From Escherichia phage Lambda imm434, in sequence record OM418626.1: a DNA stretch of 47,326 nucleotides; one strand, written 5' to 3'. A program made the position numbers and the translations under genes. Below are positions 34,087 through 45,282 of this stretch, piece after piece. Numbering within the stretch: position 1 is the stretch's first letter; every line of letters begins with the position of its first letter. The notes under the pieces were generated by a model. That model was given only the letters and a program-made list of their open reading frames with translations. It ran no database searches and was not told the DNA's origin.

Positions 34087-34287
34087 TCAGGCAGCTTTGT
34101 TGTTCTGTTTACCAAGTTCTCTGGCAATCATTGCCGTCGTTCGTATTGCCCATTTATCGACATATTTCCCATCTTCCATTACAGGAAACATTTCTTCAGG
34201 CTTAACCATGCATTCCGATTGCAGCTTGCATCCATTGCATCGCTTGAATTGTCCACACCATTGATTTTTATCAATAGTCGTAGTCAT
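34087..34287 (-). CDS. ral: Ral, restriction alleviation protein
   Basis: ORF 34087..34287 (66 aa, MTTTIDKNQWCGQFKRCNGCKLQSECMVKPEEMFP...). Confidence 0.85.
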   Translation of the reverse strand: MTTTIDKNQWCGQFKRCNGCKLQSECMVKPEEMFPVMEDGKYVDKWAIRTTAMIARELGKQNNKAA

Positions 34288-34481
34288 ACGGATAGTCCTG
34301 GTATTGTTCCATCACATCCTGAGGATGCTCTTCGAACTCTTCAAATTCTTCTTCCATATATCACCTTAAATAGTGGATTGCGGTAGTAAAGATTGTGCCT
34401 GTCTTTTAACCACATCAGGCTCGGTGGTTCTCGTGTACCCCTACAGCGAGAAATCGGATAAACTATTACAACCCCTACAGT

Positions 34482-35036
34482 TTGATGAGTATAGAAATGG
34501 ATCCACTCGTTATTCTCGGACGAGTGTTCAGTAATGAACCTCTGGAGAGAACCATGTATATGATCGTTATCTGGGTTGGACTTCTGCTTTTAAGCCCAGA
34601 TAACTGGCCTGAATATGTTAATGAGAGAATCGGTATTCCTCATGTGTGGCATGTTTTCGTCTTTGCTCTTGCATTTTCGCTAGCAATTAATGTGCATCGA
34701 TTATCAGCTATTGCCAGCGCCAGATATAAGCGATTTAAGCTAAGAAAACGCATTAAGATGCAAAACGATAAAGTGCGATCAGTAATTCAAAACCTTACAG
34801 AAGAGCAATCTATGGTTTTGTGCGCAGCCCTTAATGAAGGCAGGAAGTATGTGGTTACATCAAAACAATTCCCATACATTAGTGAGTTGATTGAGCTTGG
34901 TGTGTTGAACAAAACTTTTTCCCGATGGAATGGGAAGCATATATTATTCCCTATTGAGGATATTTACTGGACTGAATTAGTTGCCAGCTATGATCCATAT
35001 AATATTGAGATAAAGCCAAGGCCAATATCTAAGTAA
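34482..35036 (+). CDS. sieB: SieB superinfection exclusion protein (membrane protein)
   Basis: ORF 34482..35036 (184 aa) on the + strand, convergent with N; hydrophobic segments MYMIVIWVGLLLLSP and HVWHVFVFALAFSLAINV. Confidence 0.75.
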   Translation: MMSIEMDPLVILGRVFSNEPLERTMYMIVIWVGLLLLSPDNWPEYVNERIGIPHVWHVFVFALAFSLAINVHRLSAIASARYKRFKLRKRIKMQNDKVRSVIQNLTEEQSMVLCAALNEGRKYVVTSKQFPYISELIELGVLNKTFSRWNGKHILFPIEDIYWTELVASYDPYNIEIKPRPISK

Positions 35037-35360
35037 CTAGATAAGAGGAATCGATTTTCCCTTAATTTTCTGGCGTCCACTGCATGTTATGCCGCGTTCG
35101 CCAGGCTTGCTGTACCATGTGCGCTGATTCTTGCGCTCAATACGTTGCAGGTTGCTTTCAATCTGTTTGTGGTATTCAGCCAGCACTGTAAGGTCTATCG
35201 GATTTAGTGCGCTTTCTACTCGTGATTTCGGTTTGCGATTCAGCGAGAGAATAGGGCGGTTAACTGGTTTTGCGCTTACCCCAACCAACAGGGGATTTGC
35301 TGCTTTCCATTGAGCCTGTTTCTCTGCGCGACGTTCGCGGCGGCGTGTTTGTGCATCCAT
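35037..35360 (-). CDS. N: Antitermination protein N
   Basis: ATG at 35360 gives MDAQTRRRERRAEKQAQWKAANPLLVGVSAKPVNRPILSLNRKPKSRVESALNPIDLTVLAEYHKQIESNLQRIERKNQRTWYSKPGERGITCSGRQKIKGKSIPLI (107 aa). Confidence 0.93.
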   Translation of the reverse strand: MDAQTRRRERRAEKQAQWKAANPLLVGVSAKPVNRPILSLNRKPKSRVESALNPIDLTVLAEYHKQIESNLQRIERKNQRTWYSKPGERGITCSGRQKIKGKSIPLI

Positions 35361-35517
35361 CTGGATTCTCCTGTCAGTTAGCTTTGGTGGTGTGTGGCAG
35401 TTGTAGTCCTGAACGAAAACACCCCGCAATGGCACATTGGCAGCTAATCCGGATTCGCACTTCCGGCCAATGCTTCGTTTCGTATCACACACACCAAAGC
35501 CTTCTGCTTTGAATGCT

Positions 35518-35548
35518 GCCCTTCTTCAGGGCTTAATTTTTAAGAGCC
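35518..35548 (-). promoter_or_regulatory. nutL: nutL (boxB hairpin gccctgaagaagggc plus adjacent boxA-like sequence)
   Basis: Minus-strand gccctgaagaagggc hairpin upstream of N, preceded by gctcttaaaaattaa. Confidence 0.8.
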
Positions 35549-35593
35549 TCACCTTCAATGGTGGTCAGTGCGTCCTGCTGATGGCTTAAAATT

Positions 35594-35661
35594 ACAAGGA
35601 AGATTGTATGTTGTAAACAATAAATATTGTAAAAAGGGGCGTGAAAAACAAACTCCATTGT
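35594..35661. promoter_or_regulatory. 434-type left operator/promoter region (three ACAA-N6-TTGT sites; OL/PL)
   Basis: acaaggaagattgt (35594-35607), acaataaatattgt (35617-35630), acaaactccattgt (35648-35661); ACAA-N6-TTGT is the phage 434 operator consensus. Confidence 0.85.
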
Positions 35662-35711
35662 TTTTAAACGGAAAATAGTTTGTTTTTTTGTTATCGAGAT
35701 TGAGGTGGGGA

Positions 35712-37064
<1,353 letters not shown>

Positions 37065-37072
37065 GACATTCC

Positions 37073-37104
37073 CGCTCTTACACATTCCAGCCCTGAAAAA
37101 GGGC
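37073..37104 (+). promoter_or_regulatory. nutR: nutR (boxA cgctctta, boxB gccctgaaaaagggc)
   Basis: boxA at 37073-37080 and boxB hairpin at 37090-37104 immediately after cro. Confidence 0.85.
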
Positions 37105-37183
37105 ATCAAATTAAACCACACCTATGGTGTATGCATTTATTTGCATACATTCAATCAATTGTTATCTAAGGAAATACTTACAT

Positions 37184-37477
37184 ATGGTTCGTGCAAACAA
37201 ACGCAACGAGGCTCTACGAATCGAGAGTGCGTTGCTTAACAAAATCGCAATGCTTGGAACTGAGAAGACAGCGGAAGCTGTGGGCGTTGATAAGTCGCAG
37301 ATCAGCAGGTGGAAGAGGGACTGGATTCCAAAGTTCTCAATGCTGCTTGCTGTTCTTGAATGGGGGGTCGTTGACGACGACATGGCTCGATTGGCGCGAC
37401 AAGTTGCTGCGATTCTCACCAATAAAAAACGCCCGGCGGCAACCGAGCGTTCTGAACAAATCCAGATGGAGTTCTGA
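37184..37477 (+). CDS. cII: CII transcriptional activator
   Basis: ATG at 37184 gives MVRANKRNEALRIESALLNKIAMLGTEKTAEAVGVDKSQISRWKRDWIPKFSMLLAVLEWGVVDDDMARLARQVAAILTNKKRPAATERSEQIQMEF. Confidence 0.93.
   Translation: MVRANKRNEALRIESALLNKIAMLGTEKTAEAVGVDKSQISRWKRDWIPKFSMLLAVLEWGVVDDDMARLARQVAAILTNKKRPAATERSEQIQMEF
37193..37206 (-). promoter_or_regulatory. CII-binding TTGC-N6-TTGC repeat of promoter PRE (inside the 5' end of cII, opposite strand)
   Basis: Minus-strand ttgcgtttgtttgc spanning cII codons 4-8. Confidence 0.75.
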
Positions 37478-37498
37478 GGTCATTACTGGATCTATCAA
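37422..37498 (-). ncRNA. oop: oop antisense RNA overlapping the cII 3' end, with intrinsic terminator
   Basis: Minus-strand hairpin cgctcgg / ccgggcg (37429-37449) followed by U-run; position matches lambda oop by offset. 5' end is approximate. Confidence 0.55.
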
Positions 37499-37509
37499 CA
37501 GGAGTCATT

Positions 37510-38409
37510 ATGACAAATACAGCAAAAATACTCAACTTCGGCAGAGGTAACTTTGCCGGACAGGAGCGTAATGTGGCAGATCTCGATGATGGTTACGCCA
37601 GACTATCAAATATGCTGCTTGAGGCTTATTCGGGCGCAGATCTGACCAAGCGACAGTTTAAAGTGCTGCTTGCCATTCTGCGTAAAACCTATGGGTGGAA
37701 TAAACCAATGGACAGAATCACCGATTCTCAACTTAGCGAGATTACAAAGTTACCTGTCAAACGGTGCAATGAAGCCAAGTTAGAACTCGTCAGAATGAAT
37801 ATTATCAAGCAGCAAGGCGGCATGTTTGGACCAAATAAAAACATCTCAGAATGGTGCATCCCTCAAAACGAGGGAAAATCCCCTAAAACGAGGGATAAAA
37901 CATCCCTCAAATTGGGGGATTGCTATCCCTCAAAACAGGGGGACACAAAAGACACTATTACAAAAGAAAAAAGAAAAGATTATTCGTCAGAGAATTCTGG
38001 CGAATCCTCTGACCAGCCAGAAAACGACCTTTCTGTGGTGAAACCGGATGCTGCAATTCAGAGCGGCAGCAAGTGGGGGACAGCAGAAGACCTGACCGCC
38101 GCAGAGTGGATGTTTGACATGGTGAAGACTATCGCACCATCAGCCAGAAAACCGAATTTTGCTGGGTGGGCTAACGATATCCGCCTGATGCGTGAACGTG
38201 ACGGACGTAACCACCGCGACATGTGTGTGCTGTTCCGCTGGGCATGCCAGGACAACTTCTGGTCCGGTAACGTGCTGAGCCCGGCCAAACTCCGCGATAA
38301 GTGGACCCAACTCGAAATCAACCGTAACAAGCAACAGGCAGGCGTGACAGCCAGCAAACCAAAACTCGACCTGACAAACACAGACTGGATTTACGGGGTG
38401 GATCTATGA
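37510..38409 (+). CDS. O: Replication initiator O
   Basis: ORF 37510..38409 (299 aa, MTNTAKILNFGRGNFAGQERNVADLDDGYARLSNMLLEAYSG...); contains ori iterons. Confidence 0.93.
   Translation: MTNTAKILNFGRGNFAGQERNVADLDDGYARLSNMLLEAYSGADLTKRQFKVLLAILRKTYGWNKPMDRITDSQLSEITKLPVKRCNEAKLELVRMNIIKQQGGMFGPNKNISEWCIPQNEGKSPKTRDKTSLKLGDCYPSKQGDTKDTITKEKRKDYSSENSGESSDQPENDLSVVKPDAAIQSGSKWGTAEDLTAAEWMFDMVKTIAPSARKPNFAGWANDIRLMRERDGRNHRDMCVLFRWACQDNFWSGNVLSPAKLRDKWTQLEINRNKQQAGVTASKPKLDLTNTDWIYGVDL
37858..37943 (+). repeat. ori: ori-lambda iterons (four about 19-bp O-binding repeats) inside the O coding sequence, followed by an AT-rich stretch
   Basis: Repeats atccctcaaaacgagggaa / atcccctaaaacgagggat / catccctcaaattgggggat / tatccctcaaaacagggggac, then an A-rich run at about 37950-37990. 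Confidence 0.85.
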
Positions 38410-39107
38410 AAAACATCGCCGCACAGATGGTTAACTTTGACCGTGAGCAGATGCGTCGGATCGCCAACAACATGCCGGAACAGTACGACGAAAAGCCGCA
38501 GGTACAGCAGGTAGCGCAGATCATCAACGGTGTGTTCAGCCAGTTACTGGCAACTTTCCCGGCGAGCCTGGCTAACCGTGACCAGAACGAAGTGAACGAA
38601 ATCCGTCGCCAGTGGGTTCTGGCTTTTCGGGAAAACGGGATCACCACGATGGAACAGGTTAACGCAGGAATGCGCGTAGCCCGTCGGCAGAATCGACCAT
38701 TTCTGCCATCACCCGGGCAGTTTGTTGCATGGTGCCGGGAAGAAGCATCCGTTACCGCCGGACTGCCAAACGTCAGCGAGCTGGTTGATATGGTTTACGA
38801 GTATTGCCGGAAGCGAGGCCTGTATCCGGATGCGGAGTCTTATCCGTGGAAATCAAACGCGCACTACTGGCTGGTTACCAACCTGTATCAGAACATGCGG
38901 GCCAATGCGCTTACTGATGCGGAATTACGCCGTAAGGCCGCAGATGAGCTTGTCCATATGACTGCGAGAATTAACCGTGGTGAGGCGATCCCTGAACCAG
39001 TAAAACAACTTCCTGTCATGGGCGGTAGACCTCTAAATCGTGCACAGGCTCTGGCGAAGATCGCAGAAATCAAAGCTAAGTTCGGACTGAAAGGAGCAAG
39101 TGTATGA
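38406..39107 (+). CDS. P: Replication protein P (DnaB helicase loader)
   Basis: ORF 38406..39107 (233 aa), start overlaps O stop. Confidence 0.92.
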   Translation: MKNIAAQMVNFDREQMRRIANNMPEQYDEKPQVQQVAQIINGVFSQLLATFPASLANRDQNEVNEIRRQWVLAFRENGITTMEQVNAGMRVARRQNRPFLPSPGQFVAWCREEASVTAGLPNVSELVDMVYEYCRKRGLYPDAESYPWKSNAHYWLVTNLYQNMRANALTDAELRRKAADELVHMTARINRGEAIPEPVKQLPVMGGRPLNRAQALAKIAEIKAKFGLKGASV

Positions 39108-39394
39108 CGGGCAAAGAGGCAATTATTCATTACCTGGGGACGCATAATAGCTTCTGTGCGCCGGACGTTGCCGCGCTAACAGGCGCAACAGTAACCAGCA
39201 TAAATCAGGCCGCGGCTAAAATGGCACGGGCAGGTCTTCTGGTTATCGAAGGTAAGGTCTGGCGAACGGTGTATTACCGGTTTGCTACCAGGGAAGAACG
39301 GGAAGGAAAGATGAGCACGAACCTGGTTTTTAAGGAGTGTCGCCAGAGTGCCGCGATGAAACGGGTATTGGCGGTATATGGAGTTAAAAGATGA
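39104..39394 (+). CDS. ren: Ren (Rex exclusion resistance)
   Basis: ORF 39104..39394 (96 aa) after P. Confidence 0.8.
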   Translation: MTGKEAIIHYLGTHNSFCAPDVAALTGATVTSINQAAAKMARAGLLVIEGKVWRTVYYRFATREEREGKMSTNLVFKECRQSAAMKRVLAVYGVKR

Positions 39395-39467
39395 CCATCT
39401 ACATTACTGAGCTAATAACAGGCCTGCTGGTAATCGCAGGCCTTTTTATTTGGGGGAGAGGGAAGTC

Positions 39468-39908
39468 ATGAAAAAACTAACCTTTGAAATTCGATCTCCA
39501 GCACATCAGCAAAACGCTATTCACGCAGTACAGCAAATCCTTCCAGACCCAACCAAACCAATCGTAGTAACCATTCAGGAACGCAACCGCAGCTTAGACC
39601 AAAACAGGAAGCTATGGGCCTGCTTAGGTGACGTCTCTCGTCAGGTTGAATGGCATGGTCGCTGGCTGGATGCAGAAAGCTGGAAGTGTGTGTTTACCGC
39701 AGCATTAAAGCAGCAGGATGTTGTTCCTAACCTTGCCGGGAATGGCTTTGTGGTAATAGGCCAGTCAACCAGCAGGATGCGTGTAGGCGAATTTGCGGAG
39801 CTATTAGAGCTTATACAGGCATTCGGTACAGAGCGTGGCGTTAAGTGGTCAGACGAAGCGAGACTGGCTCTGGAGTGGAAAGCGAGATGGGGAGACAGGG
39901 CTGCATGA
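39468..39908 (+). CDS. ninB: NinB (Orf recombination mediator)
   Basis: ATG at 39468 (MKKLTFEIRSPAHQQNAIHAV...) within ORF 39450..39908. Confidence 0.8.
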   Translation: MKKLTFEIRSPAHQQNAIHAVQQILPDPTKPIVVTIQERNRSLDQNRKLWACLGDVSRQVEWHGRWLDAESWKCVFTAALKQQDVVPNLAGNGFVVIGQSTSRMRVGEFAELLELIQAFGTERGVKWSDEARLALEWKARWGDRAA

Positions 39909-40777
39909 TAAATGTCGTTAGTTTCTCCGGTGGCAGGACGTCAGCATATTTGCTCTGGCTAATGGAGCAAAAGCGACGGGCAGGTAAAGACGTGCATTAC
40001 GTTTTCATGGATACAGGTTGTGAACATCCAATGACATATCGGTTTGTCAGGGAAGTTGTGAAGTTCTGGGATATACCGCTCACCGTATTGCAGGTTGATA
40101 TCAACCCGGAGCTTGGACAGCCAAATGGTTATACGGTATGGGAACCAAAGGATATTCAGACGCGAATGCCTGTTCTGAAGCCATTTATCGATATGGTAAA
40201 GAAATATGGCACTCCATACGTCGGCGGCGCGTTCTGCACTGACAGATTAAAACTCGTTCCCTTCACCAAATACTGTGATGACCATTTCGGGCGAGGGAAT
40301 TACACCACGTGGATTGGCATCAGAGCTGATGAACCGAAGCGGCTAAAGCCAAAGCCTGGAATCAGATATCTTGCTGAACTGTCAGACTTTGAGAAGGAAG
40401 ATATCCTCGCATGGTGGAAGCAACAACCATTCGATTTGCAAATACCGGAACATCTCGGTAACTGCATATTCTGCATTAAAAAATCAACGCAAAAAATCGG
40501 ACTTGCCTGCAAAGATGAGGAGGGATTGCAGCGTGTTTTTAATGAGGTCATCACGGGATCCCATGTGCGTGACGGACATCGGGAAACGCCAAAGGAGATT
40601 ATGTACCGAGGAAGAATGTCGCTGGACGGTATCGCGAAAATGTATTCAGAAAATGATTATCAAGCCCTGTATCAGGACATGGTACGAGCTAAAAGATTCG
40701 ATACCGGCTCTTGTTCTGAGTCATGCGAAATATTTGGAGGGCAGCTTGATTTCGACTTCGGGAGGGAAGCTGCATGA
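39905..40777 (+). CDS. ninC: NinC (PAPS reductase/phosphoadenosine phosphosulfate reductase-like)
   Basis: ATG at 39905 ([20 protein letters not shown]...) within ORF 39845..40777. Confidence 0.75.
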   Translation: MINVVSFSGGRTSAYLLWLMEQKRRAGKDVHYVFMDTGCEHPMTYRFVREVVKFWDIPLTVLQVDINPELGQPNGYTVWEPKDIQTRMPVLKPFIDMVKKYGTPYVGGAFCTDRLKLVPFTKYCDDHFGRGNYTTWIGIRADEPKRLKPKPGIRYLAELSDFEKEDILAWWKQQPFDLQIPEHLGNCIFCIKKSTQKIGLACKDEEGLQRVFNEVITGSHVRDGHRETPKEIMYRGRMSLDGIAKMYSENDYQALYQDMVRAKRFDTGSCSESCEIFGGQLDFDFGREAA

Positions 40778-40947
40778 TGCGATGTTATCGGTGCGGTGAA
40801 TGCAAAGAAGATAACCGCTTCCGACCAAATCAACCTTACTGGAATCGATGGTGTCTCCGGTGTGAAAGAACACCAACAGGGGTGTTACCACTACCGCAGG
40901 AAAAGGAGGACGTGTGGCGAGACAGCGACGAAGTATCACCGACATAA
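40774..40947 (+). CDS. ninD: NinD small Cys-rich protein
   Basis: 57-codon ORF atgatgcgatgttatcggtgc... ending taa at 40945-40947 (translated by hand; under the ORF-track length cut-off). Confidence 0.6.
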   Translation: MMRCYRCGECKEDNRFRPNQPYWNRWCLRCERTPTGVLPLPQEKEDVWRDSDEVSPT

Positions 40948-41096
40948 TCTGCGAAAACTGCAAATACCTTCCAACGAAACGCACCAGAAATAAACCCAAG
41001 CCAATCCCAAAAGAATCTGACGTAAAAACCTTCAACTACACGGCTCACCTGTGGGATATCCGGTGGCTAAGACGTCGTGCGAGGAAAACAAGGTGA
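40914..41096 (+). CDS. ninE: NinE
   Basis: ORF 40914..41096 (60 aa). Confidence 0.65.
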   Translation: MARQRRSITDIICENCKYLPTKRTRNKPKPIPKESDVKTFNYTAHLWDIRWLRRRARKTR

Positions 41097-41263
41097 TTGA
41101 CCAAAATCGAAGTTACGAACAAGAAAGCGTCGAGCGAGCTTTAACGTGCGCTAACTGCGGTCAGAAGCTGCATGTGCTGGAAGTTCACGTGTGTGAGCAC
41201 TGCTGCGCAGAACTGATGAGCGATCCGAATAGCTCGATGCACGAGGAAGAAGATGATGGCTAA
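41093..41263 (+). CDS. ninF: NinF (Cys-rich), probable GTG start
   Basis: In-frame GTG at 41093 within ORF 41051..41263; start choice uncertain (ATG at 41051 is the alternative). Confidence 0.55.
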   Translation: MIDQNRSYEQESVERALTCANCGQKLHVLEVHVCEHCCAELMSDPNSSMHEEEDDG

Positions 41264-41867
41264 ACCAGCGCGAAGACGATGTAAAAACGATGAATGCCGG
41301 GAATGGTTTCACCCTGCATTCGCTAATCAGTGGTGGTGCTCTCCAGAGTGTGGAACCAAGATAGCACTCGAACGACGAAGTAAAGAACGCGAAAAAGCGG
41401 AAAAAGCAGCAGAGAAGAAACGACGACGAGAGGAGCAGAAACAGAAAGATAAACTTAAGATTCGAAAACTCGCCTTAAAGCCCCGCAGTTACTGGATTAA
41501 ACAAGCCCAACAAGCCGTAAACGCCTTCATCAGAGAAAGAGACCGCGACTTACCATGTATCTCGTGCGGAACGCTCACGTCTGCTCAGTGGGATGCCGGA
41601 CATTACCGGACAACTGCTGCGGCACCTCAACTCCGATTTAATGAACGCAATATTCACAAGCAATGCGTGGTGTGCAACCAGCACAAAAGCGGAAATCTCG
41701 TTCCGTATCGCGTCGAACTGATTAGCCGCATCGGGCAGGAAGCAGTAGACGAAATCGAATCAAACCATAACCGCCATCGCTGGACTATCGAAGAGTGCAA
41801 GGCGATCAAGGCAGAGTACCAACAGAAACTCAAAGACCTGCGAAATAGCAGAAGTGAGGCCGCATGA
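41253..41867 (+). CDS. ninG: NinG / Rap Holliday-junction endonuclease
   Basis: ORF 41253..41867 (204 aa, Cys-rich with basic Lys/Arg/Glu tract). Confidence 0.8.
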   Translation: MMAKPARRRCKNDECREWFHPAFANQWWCSPECGTKIALERRSKEREKAEKAAEKKRRREEQKQKDKLKIRKLALKPRSYWIKQAQQAVNAFIRERDRDLPCISCGTLTSAQWDAGHYRTTAAAPQLRFNERNIHKQCVVCNQHKSGNLVPYRVELISRIGQEAVDEIESNHNRHRWTIEECKAIKAEYQQKLKDLRNSRSEAA

Positions 41868-42070
41868 CGTTCTCAGTAAAAACCATTCCAGACATGCTCG
41901 TTGAAGCATACGGAAATCAGACAGAAGTAGCACGCAGACTGAAATGTAGTCGCGGTACGGTCAGAAAATACGTTGATGATAAAGACGGGAAAATGCACGC
42001 CATCGTCAACGACGTTCTCATGGTTCATCGCGGATGGAGTGAAAGAGATGCGCTATTACGAAAAAATTGA
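41864..42070 (+). CDS. ninH: NinH
   Basis: ORF 41864..42070 (68 aa). Confidence 0.7.
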
Positions 42071-42713
42071 TGGCAGCAAATACCGAAATATTTGGGTAGT
42101 TGGCGATCTGCACGGATGCTACACGAACCTGATGAACAAACTGGATACGATTGGATTCGACAACAAAAAAGACCTGCTTATCTCGGTGGGCGATTTGGTT
42201 GATCGTGGTGCAGAGAACGTTGAATGCCTGGAATTAATCACATTCCCCTGGTTCAGAGCTGTACGTGGAAACCATGAGCAAATGATGATTGATGGCTTAT
42301 CAGAGCGTGGAAACGTTAATCACTGGCTGCTTAATGGCGGTGGCTGGTTCTTTAATCTCGATTACGACAAAGAAATTCTGGCTAAAGCTCTTGCCCATAA
42401 AGCAGATGAACTTCCGTTAATCATCGAACTGGTGAGCAAAGATAAAAAATATGTTATCTGCCACGCCGATTATCCCTTTGACGAATACGAGTTTGGAAAG
42501 CCAGTTGATCATCAGCAGGTAATCTGGAACCGCGAACGAATCAGCAACTCACAAAACGGGATCGTGAAAGAAATCAAAGGCGCGGACACGTTCATCTTTG
42601 GTCATACGCCAGCAGTGAAACCACTCAAGTTTGCCAACCAAATGTATATCGATACCGGCGCAGTGTTCTGCGGAAACCTAACATTGATTCAGGTACAGGG
42701 AGAAGGCGCATGA
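42048..42713 (+). CDS. ninI: NinI Ser/Thr protein phosphatase (calcineurin-like metallophosphatase)
   Basis: ATG at 42048 within ORF 41973..42713; motifs GDLHG, GDLVDRG, GNHE typical of PPP-family phosphatases. Confidence 0.85.
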
Positions 42714-43333
42714 GACTCGAAAGCGTAGCTAAATTTCATTCGCCAAAAAGCCCGATGATGAGCGACTCACCACGGGCCACGGCTTCTGACTCTCTTTCCG
42801 GTACTGATGTGATGGCTGCTATGGGGATGGCGCAATCACAAGCCGGATTCGGTATGGCTGCATTCTGCGGTAAGCACGAACTCAGCCAGAACGACAAACA
42901 AAAGGCTATCAACTATCTGATGCAATTTGCACACAAGGTATCGGGGAAATACCGTGGTGTGGCAAAGCTTGAAGGAAATACTAAGGCAAAGGTACTGCAA
43001 GTGCTCGCAACATTCGCTTATGCGGATTATTGCCGTAGTGCCGCGACGCCGGGGGCAAGATGCAGAGATTGCCATGGTACAGGCCGTGCGGTTGATATTG
43101 CCAAAACAGAGCTGTGGGGGAGAGTTGTCGAGAAAGAGTGCGGAAGATGCAAAGGCGTCGGCTATTCAAGGATGCCAGCAAGCGCAGCATATCGCGCTGT
43201 GACGATGCTAATCCCAAACCTTACCCAACCCACCTGGTCACGCACTGTTAAGCCGCTGTATGACGCTCTGGTGGTGCAATGCCACAAAGAAGAGTCAATC
43301 GCAGACAACATTTTGAATGCGGTCACACGTTAG
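42710..43333 (+). CDS. Q: Late gene antiterminator Q
   Basis: ORF 42710..43333 (207 aa) with Cys-rich zinc-binding segment; precedes the late promoter. Confidence 0.9.
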
Positions 43334-43375
43334 CAGCATGATTGCCACGGATGGCAACATATTAACGGCATGATA

Positions 43376-43404
43376 TTGACTTATTGAATAAAATTGGGTA
43401 AATT
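43376..43404 (+). promoter_or_regulatory. Late promoter PR-prime (-35 ttgact, 17-bp spacer, -10 taaatt) with qut region
   Basis: ttgact at 43376-43381 and taaatt at 43399-43404 downstream of Q. Confidence 0.8.
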
Positions 43405-43410
43405 TGACTC

Positions 43411-43604
43411 AACGATGGGTTAATTCGCTCGTTGTGGTAGTGAGATGAAAAGAGGCGGCGCTTACTACCGATTCCGCCTAGTTGGTCACTTCGACGTATC
43501 GTCTGGAACTCCAACCATCGCAGGCAGAGAGGTCTGCAAAATGCAATCCCGAAACAGTTCGCAGGTAATAGTTAGAGCCTGCATAACGGTTTCGGGATTT
43601 TTTA
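43411..43604 (+). ncRNA. 6S late leader transcript ending at terminator tR-prime
   Basis: Hairpin aatcccgaaac ... gtttcgggatt (43545-43598) followed by ttttt; Q-dependent readthrough is established lambda biology. Confidence 0.7.
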
Positions 43605-43639
43605 TATCTGCACAACAGGTAAGAGCATTGAGTCGATAA
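43445..43639 (+). CDS. Orf64 hypothetical small ORF within the late leader
   Basis: ORF 43445..43639 (64 aa); overlaps the 6S region, coding status doubtful. Confidence 0.3.
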   Translation: MKRGGAYYRFRLVGHFDVSSGTPTIAGREVCKMQSRNSSQVIVRACITVSGFFISAQQVRALSR

Positions 43640-44009
43640 TCGTGAAGAGTCGGCGAGCCTGGTTAGCCAGTGCTCTTTCCGTTGTGCTGAATTAAGCGAA
43701 TACCGGAAGCAGAACCGGATCACCAAATGCGTACAGGCGTCATCGCCGCCCAGCAACAGCACAACCCAAACTGAGCCGTAGCCACTGTCTGTCCTGAATT
43801 CATTAGTAATAGTTACGCTGCGGCCTTTTACACATGACCTTCGTGAAAGCGGGTGGCAGGAGGTCGCGCTAACAACCTCCTGCCGTTTTGCCCGTGCATA
43901 TCGGTCACGAACAAATCTGATTACTAAACACAGTAGCCTGGATTTGTTCTATCAGTAATCGACCTTATTCCTAATTAAATAGAGCAAATCCCCTTATTGG
44001 GGGTAAGAC

Positions 44010-44333
44010 ATGAAGATGCCAGAAAAACATGACCTGTTGGCCGCCATTCTCGCGGCAAAGGAACAAGGCATCGGGGCAATCCTTGCGTTTGCAATGGCGT
44101 ACCTTCGCGGCAGATATAATGGCGGTGCGTTTACAAAAACAGTAATCGACGCAACGATGTGCGCCATTATCGCCTGGTTCATTCGTGACCTTCTCGACTT
44201 CGCCGGACTAAGTAGCAATCTCGCTTATATAACGAGCGTGTTTATCGGCTACATCGGTACTGACTCGATTGGTTCGCTTATCAAACGCTTCGCTGCTAAA
44301 AAAGCCGGAGTAGAAGATGGTAGAAATCAATAA
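44010..44333 (+). CDS. S: Holin/antiholin S (dual start: S107 at Met1, S105 at Met3)
   Basis: ORF 44010..44333 (107 aa, [34 protein letters not shown]...). Confidence 0.93.
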   Translation: MKMPEKHDLLAAILAAKEQGIGAILAFAMAYLRGRYNGGAFTKTVIDATMCAIIAWFIRDLLDFAGLSSNLAYITSVFIGYIGTDSIGSLIKRFAAKKAGVEDGRNQ

Positions 44334-44793
44334 TCAACGTAAGGCGTTCCTCGATATGCTGGCGTGGTCGGAGGGAACTGATAACGGACGTCAGAAAACC
44401 AGAAATCATGGTTATGACGTCATTGTAGGCGGAGAGCTATTCACTGATTACTCCGATCACCCTCGCAAACTTGTCACGCTAAACCCAAAACTCAAATCAA
44501 CAGGCGCCGGACGCTACCAGCTTCTTTCCCGTTGGTGGGATGCCTACCGCAAGCAGCTTGGCCTGAAAGACTTCTCTCCGAAAAGTCAGGACGCTGTGGC
44601 ATTGCAGCAGATTAAGGAGCGTGGCGCTTTACCTATGATTGATCGTGGTGATATCCGTCAGGCAATCGACCGTTGCAGCAATATCTGGGCTTCACTGCCG
44701 GGCGCTGGTTATGGTCAGTTCGAGCATAAGGCTGACAGCCTGATTGCAAAATTCAAAGAAGCGGGCGGAACGGTCAGAGAGATTGATGTATGA
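44317..44793 (+). CDS. R: Endolysin R (lytic transglycosylase)
   Basis: ORF 44317..44793 (158 aa, [35 protein letters not shown]...). Confidence 0.93.
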   Translation: MVEINNQRKAFLDMLAWSEGTDNGRQKTRNHGYDVIVGGELFTDYSDHPRKLVTLNPKLKSTGAGRYQLLSRWWDAYRKQLGLKDFSPKSQDAVALQQIKERGALPMIDRGDIRQAIDRCSNIWASLPGAGYGQFEHKADSLIAKFKEAGGTVREIDV

Positions 44794-45251
44794 GCAGAGT
44801 CACCGCGATTATCTCCGCTCTGGTTATCTGCATCATCGTCTGCCTGTCATGGGCTGTTAATCATTACCGTGATAACGCCATTACCTACAAAGCCCAGCGC
44901 GACAAAAATGCCAGAGAACTGAAGCTGGCGAACGCGGCAATTACTGACATGCAGATGCGTCAGCGTGATGTTGCTGCGCTCGATGCAAAATACACGAAGG
45001 AGTTAGCTGATGCTAAAGCTGAAAATGATGCTCTGCGTGATGATGTTGCCGCTGGTCGTCGTCGGTTGCACATCAAAGCAGTCTGTCAGTCAGTGCGTGA
45101 AGCCACCACCGCCTCCGGCGTGGATAATGCAGCCTCCCCCCGACTGGCAGACACCGCTGAACGGGATTATTTCACCCTCAGAGAGAGGCTGATCACTATG
45201 CAAAAACAACTGGAAGGAACCCAGAAGTATATTAATGAGCAGTGCAGATAG
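44790..45251 (+). CDS. Rz: Spanin inner-membrane subunit Rz (i-spanin)
   Basis: ORF 44790..45251 (153 aa) with N-terminal transmembrane segment and coiled-coil. Confidence 0.9.
   Translation: MSRVTAIISALVICIIVCLSWAVNHYRDNAITYKAQRDKNARELKLANAAITDMQMRQRDVAALDAKYTKELADAKAENDALRDDVAAGRRRLHIKAVCQSVREATTASGVDNAASPRLADTAERDYFTLRERLITMQKQLEGTQKYINEQCR
45010..45192 (+). CDS. Rz1: Spanin outer-membrane lipoprotein Rz1 (o-spanin), embedded in the +1 frame of Rz
   Basis: ORF 45010..45192 (60 aa) entirely inside Rz; lipobox VVGC and proline-rich [18 protein letters not shown]. Confidence 0.88.
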   Translation: MLKLKMMLCVMMLPLVVVGCTSKQSVSQCVKPPPPPAWIMQPPPDWQTPLNGIISPSERG

Positions 45252-45282
45252 AGTTGCCCATATCGATGGGCAACTCATGCAA

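Noticed and set aside
35361-35492. N-terminal extension of the N ORF to an upstream ATG (151 aa)
   Set aside because: The extension would run through the nutL site and N leader; the established start MDAQTRRRER at 35360 is used.
43445-43639. orf64 as a protein-coding gene
   Set aside because: It overlaps the 6S leader and terminator tR-prime; kept only as a low-confidence feature because coding is doubtful.
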